A stretch of DNA of 64,000 bases from Leucoraja erinacea (Eukaryota). Position numbers and translations under genes: made by a program. The stretch covers positions 23,312,001 through 23,376,000 of the forward strand of contig NC_073385.1 of NCBI RefSeq assembly GCF_028641065.1, in the 5' to 3' direction. This document shows, in pieces, positions 1-14,626 of the stretch. The notes under the pieces are model-generated. The model had not been told where the DNA came from and searched no databases. It saw only the letters and a program-made list of their open reading frames with translations. Positions within the stretch are counted from its first letter, which is position 1. Every line of letters begins with the position of its first letter.

Positions 1-259
1 CAATTTGATTTCACATCTACAAAGACCATGTAATGTTCACACCTAACAATGCTGTCAACGGCAGATGCATCTGAATAACTTTAATAGCGATGATGAGGTT
101 AGGTTGATTTATCCTAAATTTTGGCTCTTTGCAATGTGTCTCAGAAGCAGTCTTGCAGCAATATTCTTTAGGATTTGGTCGATACAATCAGTGGTAGAGT
201 CTTCAAGCCACTTTTATGAGGAATATTGACATTTCCCCAACCAGATTATATTCTGTGTT

Positions 260-807
260 AGAGTCATAGAGTAATACAGCATGAAAACAGGCTCTTTGGC
301 CCAACTTGCCACACTATTCCCACCTGCTTGCGTTTGGCCTATATCCCTTCAAACCTGTCCTATCCATGTACCTGTCTAACTGTTTTTTAAATTTTGGGAT
401 AGTCCCCGTCTCAATTACCTCATCTGGCAGTTTGTTCAATACAACCACCACCCTTTGTGTGAAAAAGTTACCCCTCAGATTCCTATTAAATCTTTTCGCC
501 TTCATTTTAAACATATGTCCTCTGGTCCTCGATTCATCTACTCTGGGCAAGAGACTCTGTGCATCTACCCAATCTATTCCTCTCATGATTTTATACACCC
601 CTATAAGATCACCCCTCATCCCCTTGCCTTCTAAGGAATAGAGTCCCAGCCGACTCAGCCTCTCCCTATAGCACAGAGCCTCTACTCCTGGCAACATCCT
701 TGTAAATCTTCTCTGTACCCCTTCCAGTTTGACAATATCTTTCCGAAAACATGGTGCCCAGAACTGAACACAATACTCTAAATGTGGCCTCACCAATGTC
801 TGATACA
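260..807 (-). mobile_element. CR1-clade LINE 3' fragment
   Basis: LVRPHLEYCVQFWAP...RTRGH...FFTQRVV in ORF 314..916. Confidence 0.9.
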
Positions 808-1839
808 TCTTACTACATTCAGTGAATTCTCCAAGTGGTATTAATATAAGACATTCTGATACACTGGTTGAGAGAGGCTCTATGTGTTTCCTTGCCGTTA
901 TTTGTCCTGATTCCATGAAACTTTATGGAATCCAGGGCCAATGATAATTCCAAGGTCTATTCTCTCCTTGTAGTTTACTACTGGTGTACGTGCTTCTAGA
1001 GGAACACGATATAATCAGAAAGCATGGTGTAGACATCGTGGAGGTTGGCTCCCAGACACTTACTAATAACACAATTCTAATAACCTCACAATTCTAATTG
1101 TCATTAGTTGAACACACACTAACCATCTTACCCAATGATATCAGGTGCAGCTTGTGCCACAAATGTTGATGCAAGTATCAAGAATTAATTTGGCATTCAT
1201 TATACTCAACTATGAAAACAATGAAACTGGATTTTGTAGTCTGTATATCTCAGTAAGGTTTTCTCAATACAATAATTTGAAGAATTATTATAGATTGCTT
1301 TGTTTGCAGATACAAAAGATCCCTGATAGAGGGCACTACACTAACACAAAATCAAGATAATCAGCAGAGTTAGCCAACAAGCCCACCATATGACTGTGAA
1401 AGGCCCAAGTTGTTCCTTTTCCCAAAAGGAAAAACCATGGCATTATTTCTAAATAATATAAAAGCAAAACTTTGAATGTAAATTCTGGCTTTTTTAAGAA
1501 GCGAGGTTGCAAGTCAGCCAACTATATGGATATAATAATTAAATAAATAAACAAACTTTTCCTCTGCATCTCGGTACATAACAATAATAAGCCAATACCA
1601 TTTTTAATGAAAATAAAGTAAACAGACTTTACTTCCTGTTCTTCTACCTGTCTGCTAAGCTTATATTAGGGGAGACTTCAGCATCCCTTCTTTAGGTCCA
1701 AGACCTGTACTTTCCATCAACGTTTCCAGTGCAGGAAATAAAAGTTGCTGCATAATATCATATATTCAACTATTTCTGATCTTTGCAATTTATGAAATGT
1801 TCACTCTACATTGATCGACCAATTCATTCCCTGTTGTGC

Positions 1840-2645
1840 CCCAATACACATACAGAAATGGGTTTGACTTCCTGATAGTTTTCTTCCAGAGTGGTTGGAC
1901 TGGAACATGTTCAAGACCACCTCACCCAACCTGAAAGAGTATAATTCAGTCATCACTGGTTTCATCAAGAAATGTGTTTACGAGTGCATTCCAACAACGA
2001 CAATTAGAGTCTATTCTAATTAGAAACTCTGAATGATCAGGAAGATTCACTTTCTGCAAAAGTCTAGATCATGGGCTTTCAGGAAGGATGACCCTATGTT
2101 ATACAAGAAAACCAAATATGATCTCCATGAGGCTATCAGGGATACCAAGAGCGAATACTAGAATAAGTTAGTGGCTTAATTCAATCAAGTGGTGCCAGTT
2201 GACTGTGGTAGGGCCTGAATATCATCACAAATTACAAGCCAAAATCAGGGGGTAATCTGTGGCAATACTGTATCTCTACTGGATAAGCTTAATGTCTTTT
2301 TATGCCCATTTTGAACAGGCAAACAAAGTTCCACAAAGGCACATTTCCCCATCCTCCGCTGACTCTGTCCAATACGCTTCTGTAGCAGGTTAGATCTGCT
2401 TTTGCAAGGGTAAACTCTCAGAAAATGACCGAACCAGATGAAGCTCCTCGATGAGGTTGTTAATCAACTCGCCACTGTCTTCGCCGACATCTTCAACCTC
2501 TGACTTCCCCCATCGTTCCAGTCACCGAGGAAAATTAAAGTGACCTGCTTCAATGATTACCACCCAGCAGCTCCAACATTGATCATAATTAAATGCTCTG
2601 AAAGATCAGAGATGGCTAACATCTGCACCAGTCTCCCGGACAATC
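1840..2645 (+). mobile_element. Decayed Rex1/Babar-type LINE fragment
   Basis: Remnant peptides FIKKCV.ECIPTTTIRVY, FADIFNL, VTCFNDYHP with stops and frameshifts. Confidence 0.65.
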
Positions 2646-2940
2646 TATATTTGCAATTTGTGCGAGTTGCTAAGTTCCTCCAGCACTTTGTTTCTTTTCA
2701 CAAGATTCCAGCATTTGCAGTTTCTTCTGTTTTCAATTAAACTGGATAACTTGGTGCAGAGTGCAAATCAAATGTAGGACTTGAGTATATTGCTGGTTAA
2801 CAAAAAAGGACACAAAGTACTGGAGTAACTCTGTGGGTCAGGCAGCATCTCTGGAGAACAATGCTAGGTGACTTTTCAGGTTGTGACTTCTCATAATCTA
2901 GGACTTCATTCGTTTGCAGGGCTGAAGAATGCTGCATCTA

Positions 2941-3156
<216 letters not shown>

Positions 3157-4489
3157 CTAAACACCATGAAACAAAAAAAAAGTTGTCATAATTTAAGAAA
3201 CAAAGTGGTCTTCAACAAATGCATAATATAATTATTTAATGAAATACAATGCAATGGTTAAAACTAAAATATGGATAATGTTAACTCTTTCTCAAGAGAT
3301 ACTGCCTTTCCCTTTCTAGAATGTTTCATTTTTATTTCATTGATTCATAAAGGAATACAGCTTTCTTGCTTTCTAGATTTTGTGTTCCCATTTACAATGC
3401 AATAATTTCTAACACTGCGTCTGGCATTCTGTTGGAAGGAGGGCAGATTGTGTGACAAAAAACAAACTGTTTGTGCTGAAATTAGAAAATCCTGTTTACT
3501 CAGAAAACGAGGTGCAGTGACAATAGATACATTTGAATTATCCATGTTAAATTCAATCTCAGCCACGTACAGCAGTGAGATTACCAAGATGAATGAACAG
3601 GCGAAATGCCCGATCATCTGCAGCCTTGCATGCAGTCGATTTATTGACAATACCTAAAGCAAGATTACGTTTGCAATATTAAGGGCCTTATTAGCCTGCA
3701 ATGTTACTATCAATGATTTCTGTAGCTGCATGGCTAGGTTCTTCTGTTTCCGCACACCTTTAAAATTGTACTATTTTGAAAATTGTACTATTTGCAATTA
3801 GTGAAGTACCCATCTATAAATAAAGGACTGATGATCATGGAAATCAAAATAAATACCGAAAATAACTGAACTACTCAGCAAGTCAGCAATCATTTGTAAA
3901 AAAATCCATCTGATGTCAATGACCTTTCATATGTTCAAACAAAAGGTCATCAGGCTAAAATGTTAATGATTTTTCTCCCTCCCTCCAGCTGCCTGACCTG
4001 CTGTGTTTCCAGCATTTTCTGTATGCACTTCCTTATTCACTATTATAATAGAATGAATGTGTCATCCAATTCACACACAACTGTGCACCAAAATGATAAC
4101 CATATAATCTATTTTTGTGATGTTGATTGAGGAATAAATGTAGGCTGAAATGTAGGAGAAATACTCCTGCTCTTTTTCAAAATAGTGGCATGGGAATCTT
4201 TCCATACTTCTCTTGGGGTAGATCGGTCTTTGATTTCAATTTCTTCTGGGAGTTAGAATATCTTCATGGTGCAACATTCCAATGCTAATATGGAGAGTTG
4301 ATTTGTTTTACATCTGATCAAGTTACCTTCAAACCTATCACTTGGATATTAAAGTACTAACAAGTAATCTTTGGCTGTGCATATATTGTCTTATTCTTCC
4401 TTTGAAAATTAATTACTTTGTTCTTTGAAATATCATTTTAGAAGGTTAGAGCCAAATAGTGGAATTAATAATGTCAAAATCATGTTTAC

Positions 4490-4710
4490 CTTTAAATGGT
4501 AGACCTCAGAGTTGAAGTGTATGCGGTTGTTTCCCAAATATAGTTCCGTTAGGGTATATAGTTTCTGCAGACCACTTAGAGAAATAATTTTGTTGAATTC
4601 AAGTGACAGATGGTGGAGATGTGTTAATTTATCTAGACCAGAATCTTCCAAACTTTTCAATTGATTATTACCAAGATTCAATCGAGTTAGATTGGTCAGC
4701 TTTGAAATTC
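4490..4710 (-). CDS. LRRC9: LRRC9 coding exon (LRR), [19 protein letters not shown]...LTELYLGNNRIHFNSEVYHLK
   Basis: tag acceptor, AAG|gtaaac donor, 221 nt, phase 1 to 0. Confidence 0.95.
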
Positions 4711-4848
4711 CTATTAATAATGAAAAGATAAATAAATAAATAACTGGAAAAGACAATAAAGAATGAACTTGCATTTACAATAATAAATAATTTGTTTTTG
4801 GTTGATGCAGTGATTTAGTAAGTGTGCCATCCAGTTTGGATTAATATT

Positions 4849-5049
4849 ACACTCTGTCCCACTTACGTGATATTTTTCAGTGACATGTGTGACGCCTGTA
4901 TAGTCATGAGTAGTGGCCCAAAGAGTCGTACCTTTTACAGGTCGCCGCTGGATTTTCAACATTTTGCCATTTTTTTTTCGGCAACCTGCTGCGACTATGA
5001 CAGGTGCCGGCAAGTCACCGAAAAAAATCGCGTAGATGGGACAGGCCTT
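4849..5049. mobile_element. PIF/Harbinger-type MITE (diverged)
   Basis: Ends ctgtcccactta ... tgggacag match the TIR core of the elements at 21557 and 28366. Confidence 0.7.
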
Positions 5050-5149
5050 TTAAACATTCACACGATATCACGAAGCCTAAACTATGACACAATGAGCGTC
5101 AACTGGTCCCAACTGCCCCCCAGCGCAGCAATCCCATTAGTTCCATTAC

Positions 5150-5590
5150 TGTAGATCAGTGTCAGTCATGTTATGAATCATACTTTGTAGCTATGCCCAC
5201 TAGTTTAACAGAAAGCTTCCCAGCCCTTTCTCCCTCAGTCTTGAGTTACGTATAAAGATGAAGTTACCTATGCTGTAACGCTAATAAAGTCTTTGGACCT
5301 TAATCACTGTGTGTGACCTTAGTTATTCCAACAACAGAAGTTTAACATGGTGTCAGAGTGTACGGACTCACTCCTTGCTTAATTATATTGCTTTTATTTT
5401 AGTTTGTTGTTTTCTCCGATTATATACTACTATAGCTTCTGCTCTCAGAAAACCAGAGATCCTGGTGTTTGACGAAGACCTCACAGAATGGTGGCGCATA
5501 TTTGAAGAAGATTTCTCAATTTACATTGAAGCATCTCATCCTACTGCTGCTCCCCGTGTTCGAGCACCGGGAGCAGCAGTAGGGTGAGGT
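5150..5590 (+). mobile_element. Truncated Gypsy element: LTR (5150-5347), PBS and gag N-terminus
   Basis: TG...CA LTR with AATAAA, then tggtgtcaga PBS and RKPEILVFDEDLTEWWRIFEEDF. Confidence 0.78.
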
Positions 5591-7393
5591 GCTTCAATGT
5601 GCTGCTTAAGAGTGTCAAACGCCCTCTGCTGTTGCTCGTGCCAGGTCCATGTAAATCATGTCAACCTCTCTGCCTTCATCAACTTCCTTAGTTACCCCCT
5701 CAAAAAATGCAACCAGATATATGATCTCCCTGCACAAAACCACATATAAGAGTCAGGAAGACATGTTGCAGCTTTATAGAACAAGTACTTTAATTTGGAT
5801 ACATACAGAAACCATCGAAATGCATACTGCAGGCTCCGAATCATATGTTGAACTAACCAGCAAGGCTGCCCGCATGTCACCAGTTGGTGGTGTGGGAAAC
5901 CTGACATGGTTTATGGATCAGGTCATCAGCAGCAAAACCAGACACGGATCAAATCAGCAATACTGTTTGATCTACATCCCTCTTCTTGGGCTTTTACCCA
6001 AAGGGCAAACATAAAGCATGCAGGAGTAATATGTATATAAAGCTATAAAATTTAACTGTCATCTACAGTAAAACAATGGAGGATATACTGCAAGTAATAT
6101 AAGTAACGTCGGTTATAGTTAATTAGAGTCCAAGATCTGCATCTAGACAAAATCCATGTATCTAGCCACAGGTTTGCTGACCTGTACTGCACGTGTACGA
6201 TACAGGCCTTCAGCCGTGCCACTCACAGGAGATGTCACCACAGGTATGGTCTCCATCAGGACTTTCTTTGCAGGCAACAACTCAACCAGCACCAGTTTCG
6301 CAGGGAATTTGTCGACGGTCTTTGTCCTCATCACCAGTCCCGTTGGCACTCCTTTTGCAGGTACAGAAACAAAGTTCTGATCCCAGAACTGCTCACCGTC
6401 TGCTGTCACATGTCCCTCATTCAGATAATCGTTTCCATCCTCTCTCCATAACACATCATCTGCATCATCATCATACTGAACCTGCCTCAATGGCACCGGC
6501 TCATTTACTGGCAGAATATGTCGGCGGTTTCGTCTGTATAGAACTCCGCCAGATTATATCAAATAAGACCTTGGTTCTGGACACACCTCCTTGACCGTGT
6601 CCATACGGTCATAACCCTTCTGGGTTTGGAGACGGTCCACCTGGCCCTCTGACAATGGTTAGAGAGGACATAGAACGGTCGTAGTACGCCTTCTGCATCA
6701 GTTTTTTACGCTGCAGATGCGCCCGAACCACCTCGGGCTCGCAGACTTGTGGCTGGATCAGCTGCTTTGAGTCTGGAAGAGTAGCTCTGCTCTGTTTGGA
6801 TATGAGTCGCTGAGCTGGCGAACCGAGTGTGGGATCATGTGGAACGATGCGGAAATTGAAAAGATCCAAAAACATGTCCGACCCGGCCGTGCTGGACTTC
6901 TCCATGAGCTCCTTTGCACTGCGGACAGCTCGCTCAGCCAGCCCATTCGACTGGGGGTACTCCGGACTGCTGGTGATGTGCCTAAAATCCCATTCCTTTG
7001 CAAAATCCTTGAAATGCTGGCTTGTGAATTGGCCACCCTTGTCAGACATGAGGGTTTGAAGTACCCCATAAACCGAAAAGTGCCTCGCAAGTTTCTTGAC
7101 GACTGCCGCAGCGAATGCTGAGGGGAGCAGATCGATCTCAAGTCACCTGGAGTAAGAGTCAACCAGAACCAAGTATTGGTTGCCATGCCAGTCGAAAATG
7201 TCAGTAGCCACCATAGACCATGGCAAGTCAGGAACACGGTGCTGCAAAAGGGGCTCTTTCTGTTGATGTGGAGCCATGCTGTTGCACACTGGTGTATATA
7301 ATCTGACATGGCAGGCCAGAAAAATATGCTCTTTGCTCATTGCACTGAGCAAAAGGGGCTCTTTCTGTTGATGTGGAGCCCCTTTCTGTTGAT

Positions 7394-9049
7394 GGGGGGG
7401 GGGGTTAAAACGGGGTTTTTTCCCCAACCTGGTCCTGAATTATATTTGTTGGAGTGCTAGATTTTGCTAAAGAATCGTTCCCACGGCCGTTCTGTGTGTT
7501 TTTAAAAAAAATTCACCCGACAAGACAAGTTAATCGCTGGAATGATTTTAAAAGCAGCTTCTGAAGCCGTCAATGCTGACAACTGGGACGGATTTTATGG
7601 AGGACCAGGTAAAAGAAAGTAGTTTATTTTTATGTATAAAAGTGTTTCTTAAGATGTATTTAATTCACATTTTAAGTTGCGAAACGGTGATTTTTCCCCC
7701 CCCCCGAAGAACCGGCAGTGTATTTGCTGCAGATATGGGGGTATAAATTCACCGCAACCTCAACGTTCTAAATGTTCCCGTTCCAGAAAATCCCACTCGC
7801 AAGCTGATTTAAATGGCCATTAATTTACAGGTATTAAACATTAAATTCCTTCCATTTGGCCTATAAACCCATGACAATGAGATTTAAAAATTATGTTATA
7901 TTCTGAATTCTTGTGTGAATGTTATTTGGACACTTAGGCTATTTAAAAATGTTAATCTATTCTTAAGAAATGGATAGATGTTTAGATCTAGTAATTGAAT
8001 TTTGTAATTAGCTACAATTAGGTAACTAACTAATTATATGCTTTAATTTCAAGTCATCTAAGTAAGATTGTTTCATATTTGTTTCAGAATACTTCAATCT
8101 ATAATAACTGAAAATTTCTTTCAGTTCTCTTAAATTTTAAGAAAGTTATCGGCCTTTAAATGTTCTTGATCACAGCTTTTGTGTTATCGGCCTTTAAATG
8201 TTCTCGATCACAGCTTTTGTGTTCATAGCAAAAGGATTTGAGTATAGGATTTGAGTATAGGAGCAGGGTGGTTCTACTGCAGTTGTACAGGGTCTTGGTG
8301 AGACCACACCTGGAGTGTTGCGTACAGTTTTGGTCTCCTAATCTGAGGAAGGACATTATTGCCATAGAGGGAGTGCAGAGAAGGTTCACCAGACTGATTC
8401 CTGGGATGTCAGGACTTTCATATGAAGAAAGGCTGGATAGACTTGGTTTGTACTCGCTAGAATTTAGAAGGTTGAGGGGGGATCTTATAGAAACGTACAA
8501 AATTCTTAAGGGGTTGGACAGGCTAGATGCAGGAAGATTGTTCCCGATGTTGGGGAAGTCCAGGACAAGGGGTCACAGTTTAAGGATAAAGGGGAAATCT
8601 TTTAGGACCGAGATGAGGAAAACTTTTTTCACACAGAGAGTGGTGAATCTCTGGAATTCTCTGCCGCAGAAGGTAGTTGAGGCCAGTTCATTGGCTATAT
8701 TTAAGATGGAGTTAGATATGGCCCTTGTGGCTAAAGGGATCAGGGGGTATGGAGAGAAGGCAGGGACAGGATACTGAGTTGGATGATCAGCCATGATCAT
8801 ATTGAATGGCGGTGCAGGCTCGAAGGGCCGAATGGCCTACTCCTGCACCTACTTTCTATGTTTCTAAGTCAATGAAAAAGCAATAGGGAACAAGATGCCA
8901 ATTTCCGAGTATGAAAATGGCCATAACTTTTTTAATACTGAAGATATGAAAGTGAATTAGGTGTTAAATTAAACTTCTTTTTATGCTTTATCTGATGGGA
9001 TAAATTAAAAACTTGATTTTTAAAATCTCAAAATTTTGTAACATTGCTA
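7394..9049. mobile_element. AT-rich non-coding insertion in Gypsy pol, probably a non-autonomous DNA transposon
   Basis: Abruptly interrupts pol between RNase H and integrase; itself interrupted by a CR1; family and left end unresolved. Confidence 0.5.
8223..8866 (+). mobile_element. Young CR1 LINE 3' fragment
   Basis: Intact ORF 8238..8777 plus 3' UTR and tttctatg tail; near-identical to copies at 16630 and 38440. Confidence 0.92.
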
Positions 9050-12000
9050 CCTTGTGGCCCTTTTTGATAACCCGACCTTCAATGGCCAGCTCGTCTCAGA
9101 CAGAAAAGTAAAGCCGAACAGCAAGCGTAGCGAATGCTGATTGCCAGGTCTTCCATGGTTGTTAACTGAGGCGAGCATCTGCAGGGTGGCATCTTCTGTC
9201 GTGCGAACCACCAAAGTACCCAGATGTGAAGGATGAGTGAAATCAATTGCCATGACGTCAAATGTGTCTATTTCTGATGTGTGCTGGGCGCTCGATCTCC
9301 TGGGAGCACGGGATAAGGTGTCTGCCTGATACATGTGTTTACCCTGCTTGTAAGTGAAAGAGATATCATACTTCTGGAGCTGCAGCATAATTCTTTGCAG
9401 CCACGCTGGTGTATAGGCTTGTTTAAAATGATAACAAAAGGTTGGTGGTCAGTCTCTACGGTAACAATTTTGCCAAAAATATAATCGTTGAATTTAACAC
9501 ATGCAAAGACCATTGCCAGTAATTCCTTCTCGATCTGAGCACCTCGTCTCCGTGTCCGTCACCGTCACCGTCCTGGAGGCATAAGCAACAGGCTGCTCAT
9601 CCTGCAGACATGCTGCACCGAGGCCGTACTGGGATGCGTCACAGGTTAAAGTAACAGGTTTATTGACACCATAATAAGCCAGGGTAGGTGAGCATGACAT
9701 CTGACGTTTTAGTGTCAAACGCATGTTGCTGCTGTTTGCGCTATGCCCAGGCATTATCCTTGGGAGTAAGCTGTCACAAGGAAGCCGAGATCTCGCTGAA
9801 GTTGGGAACAAATTTTCCGAGGTAATTAACCATCCCCAGAAATTTCTGCAGGCGTGCAACATCAGTGGGTGTGGGCATTTCGATAACACCCACAGTCTTA
9901 GAAGGATCCGCCTTGAGACCATCAGCCGTGAAAATATGCCCTACGTTAACACGGAACCAACATTTTTGGAGATTCAGTTTTAAATTCACTTCCCTGGCAC
10001 GTTCAAGTACCTTCTTCAAGTTGGCATCATATTGTTCCATTTCTTTGCCACTAACAATGATATCATCCACGATGATAGCACAAGGGTATCTGTTAAACAG
10101 TTGCTCCATGGAGCGCTGAAACACCTCACTGGCTGAACGGATCCCAAACGGCATGCGCAAAAATCTGTAGCGGTCAAAACCAGTGCTGAAGGTGGTACAC
10201 ATAGATGATGCATCATCCAGGGGAATCAGCCAGAAGAAGCTCTTGGCATCTAATACAGAGAATACTTGTGGCTTACCCATGTGGGCAGCTACCTCGTCCA
10301 CGGTACGCATGGGGTGATGGGGCCTTTCGAGTGAGGTGTTCAGGTCCCTCGGATTAATACATGTACGAATCTCCTGTTTATTCTTCTTTGTAGCAGCCAC
10401 CATCGAGGACACCCAGTCTGTGGGTTCTGAAAGAGACTTGATGACTCCCAATGCCACCATCCCATCCAGTTCGGCTTTGACCCGGTCTCTCATGGCAATA
10501 GGTACATGCTGAGCAGGACGAACCACAGGACGCACCTCTGAATCTAAAGACATAGAGTAAGTTATTGGTAGCTTGCCAAGTTCTTCAATGAAAAGATCGT
10601 GGTAATCCATGAGAATACGCTGTGTAGAATCCGGAACTGGAGTTAGTTGATGCACAGCCTTGCTAAAGGTAACCAGTCACATATATTTGCAGGCATCATA
10701 GCCTAAAAGTGGAATAACATTGCGGTCAACGACATAGAATCGCACCCTGTATGGTTAATCCCCTAGGTGGCACTGCAGCTTCACAATACAGACCATATTG
10801 ATCTTGCTTCCCCCATATGCGAGAAGAGTAACATTGGTGGGTTTTAATAGCTCTGCGTTCCTCAGATGATTAAACTGTTCCCAAGACAGAACATTGCATT
10901 TCGTTCCAGTGATGATTTTCATCTCGATCACTTTATTGTTTACTGTTACGGTGACCATTGGCTCACTATTCTGCACATTTTTTGTGATAATAAAATGTAC
11001 CTGCAGAACGATTCCATCGACCTTTGGCCTCTTGTCCATGCTGCTATCAGACAAATCGACAGGGGCTCAGCCTGCAGCAAATTTATGGGCTGCTTTGTCT
11101 GCCCTCAGTTAGGTCGGGATCTGCAGCATCTCCAGAAATGTTTACGCCTCTTGCATCCATGACAAACTTGACCAAAGGCAGGGCACTTCTCTCTCTTGGC
11201 CAAGTACCCCCCACCACAGTTACATTTTTGAATAAAACAAGCTGCAGGATAATTAAGCTGTCTCTGCCTTGTTAATTCTTACCAGGGTTGACTGGGAGAT
11301 TACATGTAATTCAACGATTACATTTTTGGCAAAGCTTTTACCGAAGGGACCGACCACCAACCGGTCTCTAATAAATTCGTCTTTGAGATCACCAGATCTG
11401 CAAGTTCCTGCAGCCTTCTTTATAGCAAATGATTCAATAGTTTCACCCTCATTCTGTTATCTTGAGGAAGATTTCACATGTTCGATAAGTGGATTATCTT
11501 GAGGGTCACACAATTCTCCAAACTTTATCTTGAGACACTCCGGGTCATCTGGCGACTCAGCCGAGATGATGCACCATCGGCAGGTTGATGAGTTATTGCC
11601 TCAGTATATACAAACTGTTGTGTTCATTCGTAAGCTTCATTTCCTGCGAGGAGAAGGAGCATGCTTGCACGGAACATTGCCGGCTTGTCATAGTTGCAGC
11701 AATGAACAAATCATACTGTTGCTAAAAAGTACGTCACCGTTGTCCGATTCTGCTATCGAAAACTGGTGGGTCATGTTTTCTGAAAGCTTCAGCCATATTT
11801 GAGACTATGAAAAGCCTTGTAAATAACAGCGGGTCAAACCAAAATCTGACTTCTGACACCATGTGCAAAGTACTTATGATACAGAGTCATTATATATCAT
11901 AACAAGTACTTTAATTTGGATACTAACAGAAACCATCGAAATGCATACTGCAGGCTCCGAATCAAATGTTGAACTAACCTGCATGGCTGCTCGCATGCCG

Positions 12001-12117
12001 CCAGGTAGTGGTGTGGAAAACCTGATATGGATTATGGATCAGGTCATCACCAGCAAATCCTGACATGGATCAAATCAGTAATACTGTTTGATCTACAATG
12101 ACCTCAAAATTAGATTT

Positions 12118-12344
12118 TTAAGAAAGAACCGTGACTTCTCCAATTTCAGGTAGTCCTTGCTTTCTCCCTCTTCCCCTACCCTTCCCAGCTCTCCCACAGT
12201 CTCCACCTCTTCCTTTCTTCTTACCACCCCCACCCCCACTCCCACATCAGTCTGAAGAAGGGTCTCGACCCGAAACATCACCTATTCCTTCGCTCCATAG
12301 ATGCGGCCTCACCCGCTGAGTTTCTCCAGCATTTTCGTCTACTT
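12118..12344 (+). mobile_element. Penelope-like element terminal remnant with hammerhead-like core
   Basis: 14-bp TSD tcaaaattagattt; DFSNFR* ORF end; CTGAAGA...GAAAC at 12252-12276. Confidence 0.75.
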
Positions 12345-12482
12345 TCAAAATTAGATTTAATCAAATTAAACTAAATGGAATTGAAAATTTACTGCTGACA
12401 GATCGAAAACACGATTCGGGTCAGTCTCTTCCTTCCCCTTAACTGCAAGGAAAATTCTGAAAACAAGACTTTTGGAAATTTA

Positions 12483-12686
<204 letters not shown>

Positions 12687-12897
12687 TTAACATATAAAAG
12701 AAAGCAGATTTGTTATAACTGGTTTATCTTTTAATCACCATCTAATCCAAGAGTTACAGATCTAAGAGTTATAATTCCCAAACCATTTTTTCTAGTTTTA
12801 TATTTCAGTGTAACAAGAATTAGGCTTATATCAAGTTCTCGATTAACTTTTGAGAAATTACCATATTACCTTCTGATATACCTATCTTTTATTTTAG

Positions 12898-13555
12898 GTC
12901 ATAAGGTCGTAAGGAATAGGAGTAGAATTAGGCCATTCGGCCCATCGTCTAGTCCGCCATTCAAACATGGCTGATCGACCAGAGGACATAAGTTCAAGAT
13001 GAAGCGGGAAAGATTTAATAGGAATCTGAGGGGTAACATTTTCACACAAAGTGTGGTGGGTGTATGGAACCAGCTGCCAGAGGAGGTAGTTGAGGCTGGG
13101 ACTATCCCATCTTTTAAGAAACAGTTAGACAGGTACATGGATAGAACAGGTTTGGAGGGACATGGACCAAGTGCATGCAAGTCGGACTAGTGTAGCTGGG
13201 ACATTGTTGGCCGGTGTGGGCAAGCTGGGCCGAAGGGCCTGTTTCCACACTGTATCACTCTATGACTATGACTCTATCTATCTCTCCATCCTAACCCCAT
13301 TCTCCTGCCTTCTCCCCATAACTTCTGACACCTGTACTAATCAAGAATCTATCAATCTCTGCCTTACAAATATCCAGACGGCCTCCACAGCCTTCTGTGG
13401 CAAATAATTCCACAGATTCATCACCCTCTGACTAAAGAAATGTATCCTCATCTCCTTCCTTAAAGAACATCCTTTATTTCTGAGGCTATGACCTCTAGTC
13501 CTAGACTCTCCCATTAGTGGAAACATTCTCTCCACATCCACTCTATCTAACCTCT
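12898..13555. mobile_element. Cluster of CR1 3' fragments in both orientations
   Basis: ORFs 12999..13190 (+) and 13341..13541 (-) encode CR1 C-terminal motifs. Confidence 0.85.
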
Positions 13556-13958
13556 CATTATTCTGTATGTTTTCAGATAATTTTAGAGCATCATAGCAAA
13601 TCTTAATTACAAAATTACAAATGACAATTTAACAATTGGCTGATTCGAATAGTACACTCAAATTTAAGTTGAATGGGTAGTTAGATTGATTAGTAGGACT
13701 GGATGTTACATTCCCTAATATTCACTACAATTGACATTCTTGGTATGACCACTAGGTGAATTTGCTAACAATCAGACACAATTAAATTATACTGAAATCA
13801 AATCTCATCCTAGTAAGGATATTTTGTACTGATGCATACATATTTTGTTACAATACGACTGGACATAATTTTGCAGACAGGGTACAATTCCTCCAAGTGA
13901 CACATTTAGTGCTGGGCATACAACTTTAATAAGTCGGATGTCAAGAATTTTTATAAAC

Positions 13959-14099
13959 CTTAGATAACCAGCTTGTACTTTGGTCCACAGGTAGATTTGG
14001 CTTGTTTTTGCTGAACCGAGTCAGGATCTGAGCACAGTTCATTAAACTGAGGCTACGATGGGGCACTTCATCTGTCCGTGAAGAAGCCAATAAAGATAC
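13959..14099 (-). CDS. LRRC9: LRRC9 coding exon, VSLLASSRTDEVPHRSLSLMNCAQILTRFSKNKPNLPVDQSTSWLSK
   Basis: ttctcttccag acceptor, AAG|gtttat donor, 141 nt. Confidence 0.9.
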
Positions 14100-14626
14100 C
14101 TGGAAGAGAAAGGAAAACGATTTTATCTTTGGTGATGAAAACTAAAATGAATGCATCATTACAGAGAGGATTATTGTTTATGTTTGTAAACTCTATTCAC
14201 TTTCTACCAATTGTATCCTCTTCTCAAACTAGTGTTCCAGGTTGCTGCAAACGTTTGACAACGTTGACAATCTATTTGTCCACAAAGTGTGCTTGGAACA
14301 CTACATCTTCTATATTACATTGTCTTAGTCTAAAGTAACATCATTCATTTCCACCACTACGATACCTCCCCACTCAGCCAAGTCTCACTTTACCTGCAAA
14401 GCCCCCACAGGAGATATCAGCAGTAGAAGAACTGAGAAACCGCAGAGTTACATAAAGCTAAGAAGAGGAAAATAATTGTTTTAGGGATGGTGTATATGTT
14501 CAAAGGTCATCATGGAGTCATTATCGACACCAAGGTTGTATCGAGTTTGGTTCAGCCTCAGGTGGTCACCAAGAAGAGGGACAAAGTGAGAGGTTTAATG
14601 ACAAGAGCCTGTGATGGGGGGAGAGA

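Larger units (their letters stand above)
5780..12097 (-). mobile_element. Decayed Ty3/Gypsy LTR retrotransposon (gag-PR-RT-RH-IN) with nested insertions
   Basis: 5' LTR 11862-12097; truncated 3' LTR 5780-5976; PBS 11849-11861; PPT 5977-5987; RT ORF 9774..10655 (RMPFG, IVDD); RNase H CDASQYGLGA; integrase SDKGGQF...PQSNGLAE. Confidence 0.93.

Noticed and set aside
6143-6496. Extra env-like ORF in the Gypsy element
   Set aside because: It reads as the low-complexity C-terminal tail of pol (ends YRTR..VSKPVARYMDFV); no signal peptide or transmembrane segment.
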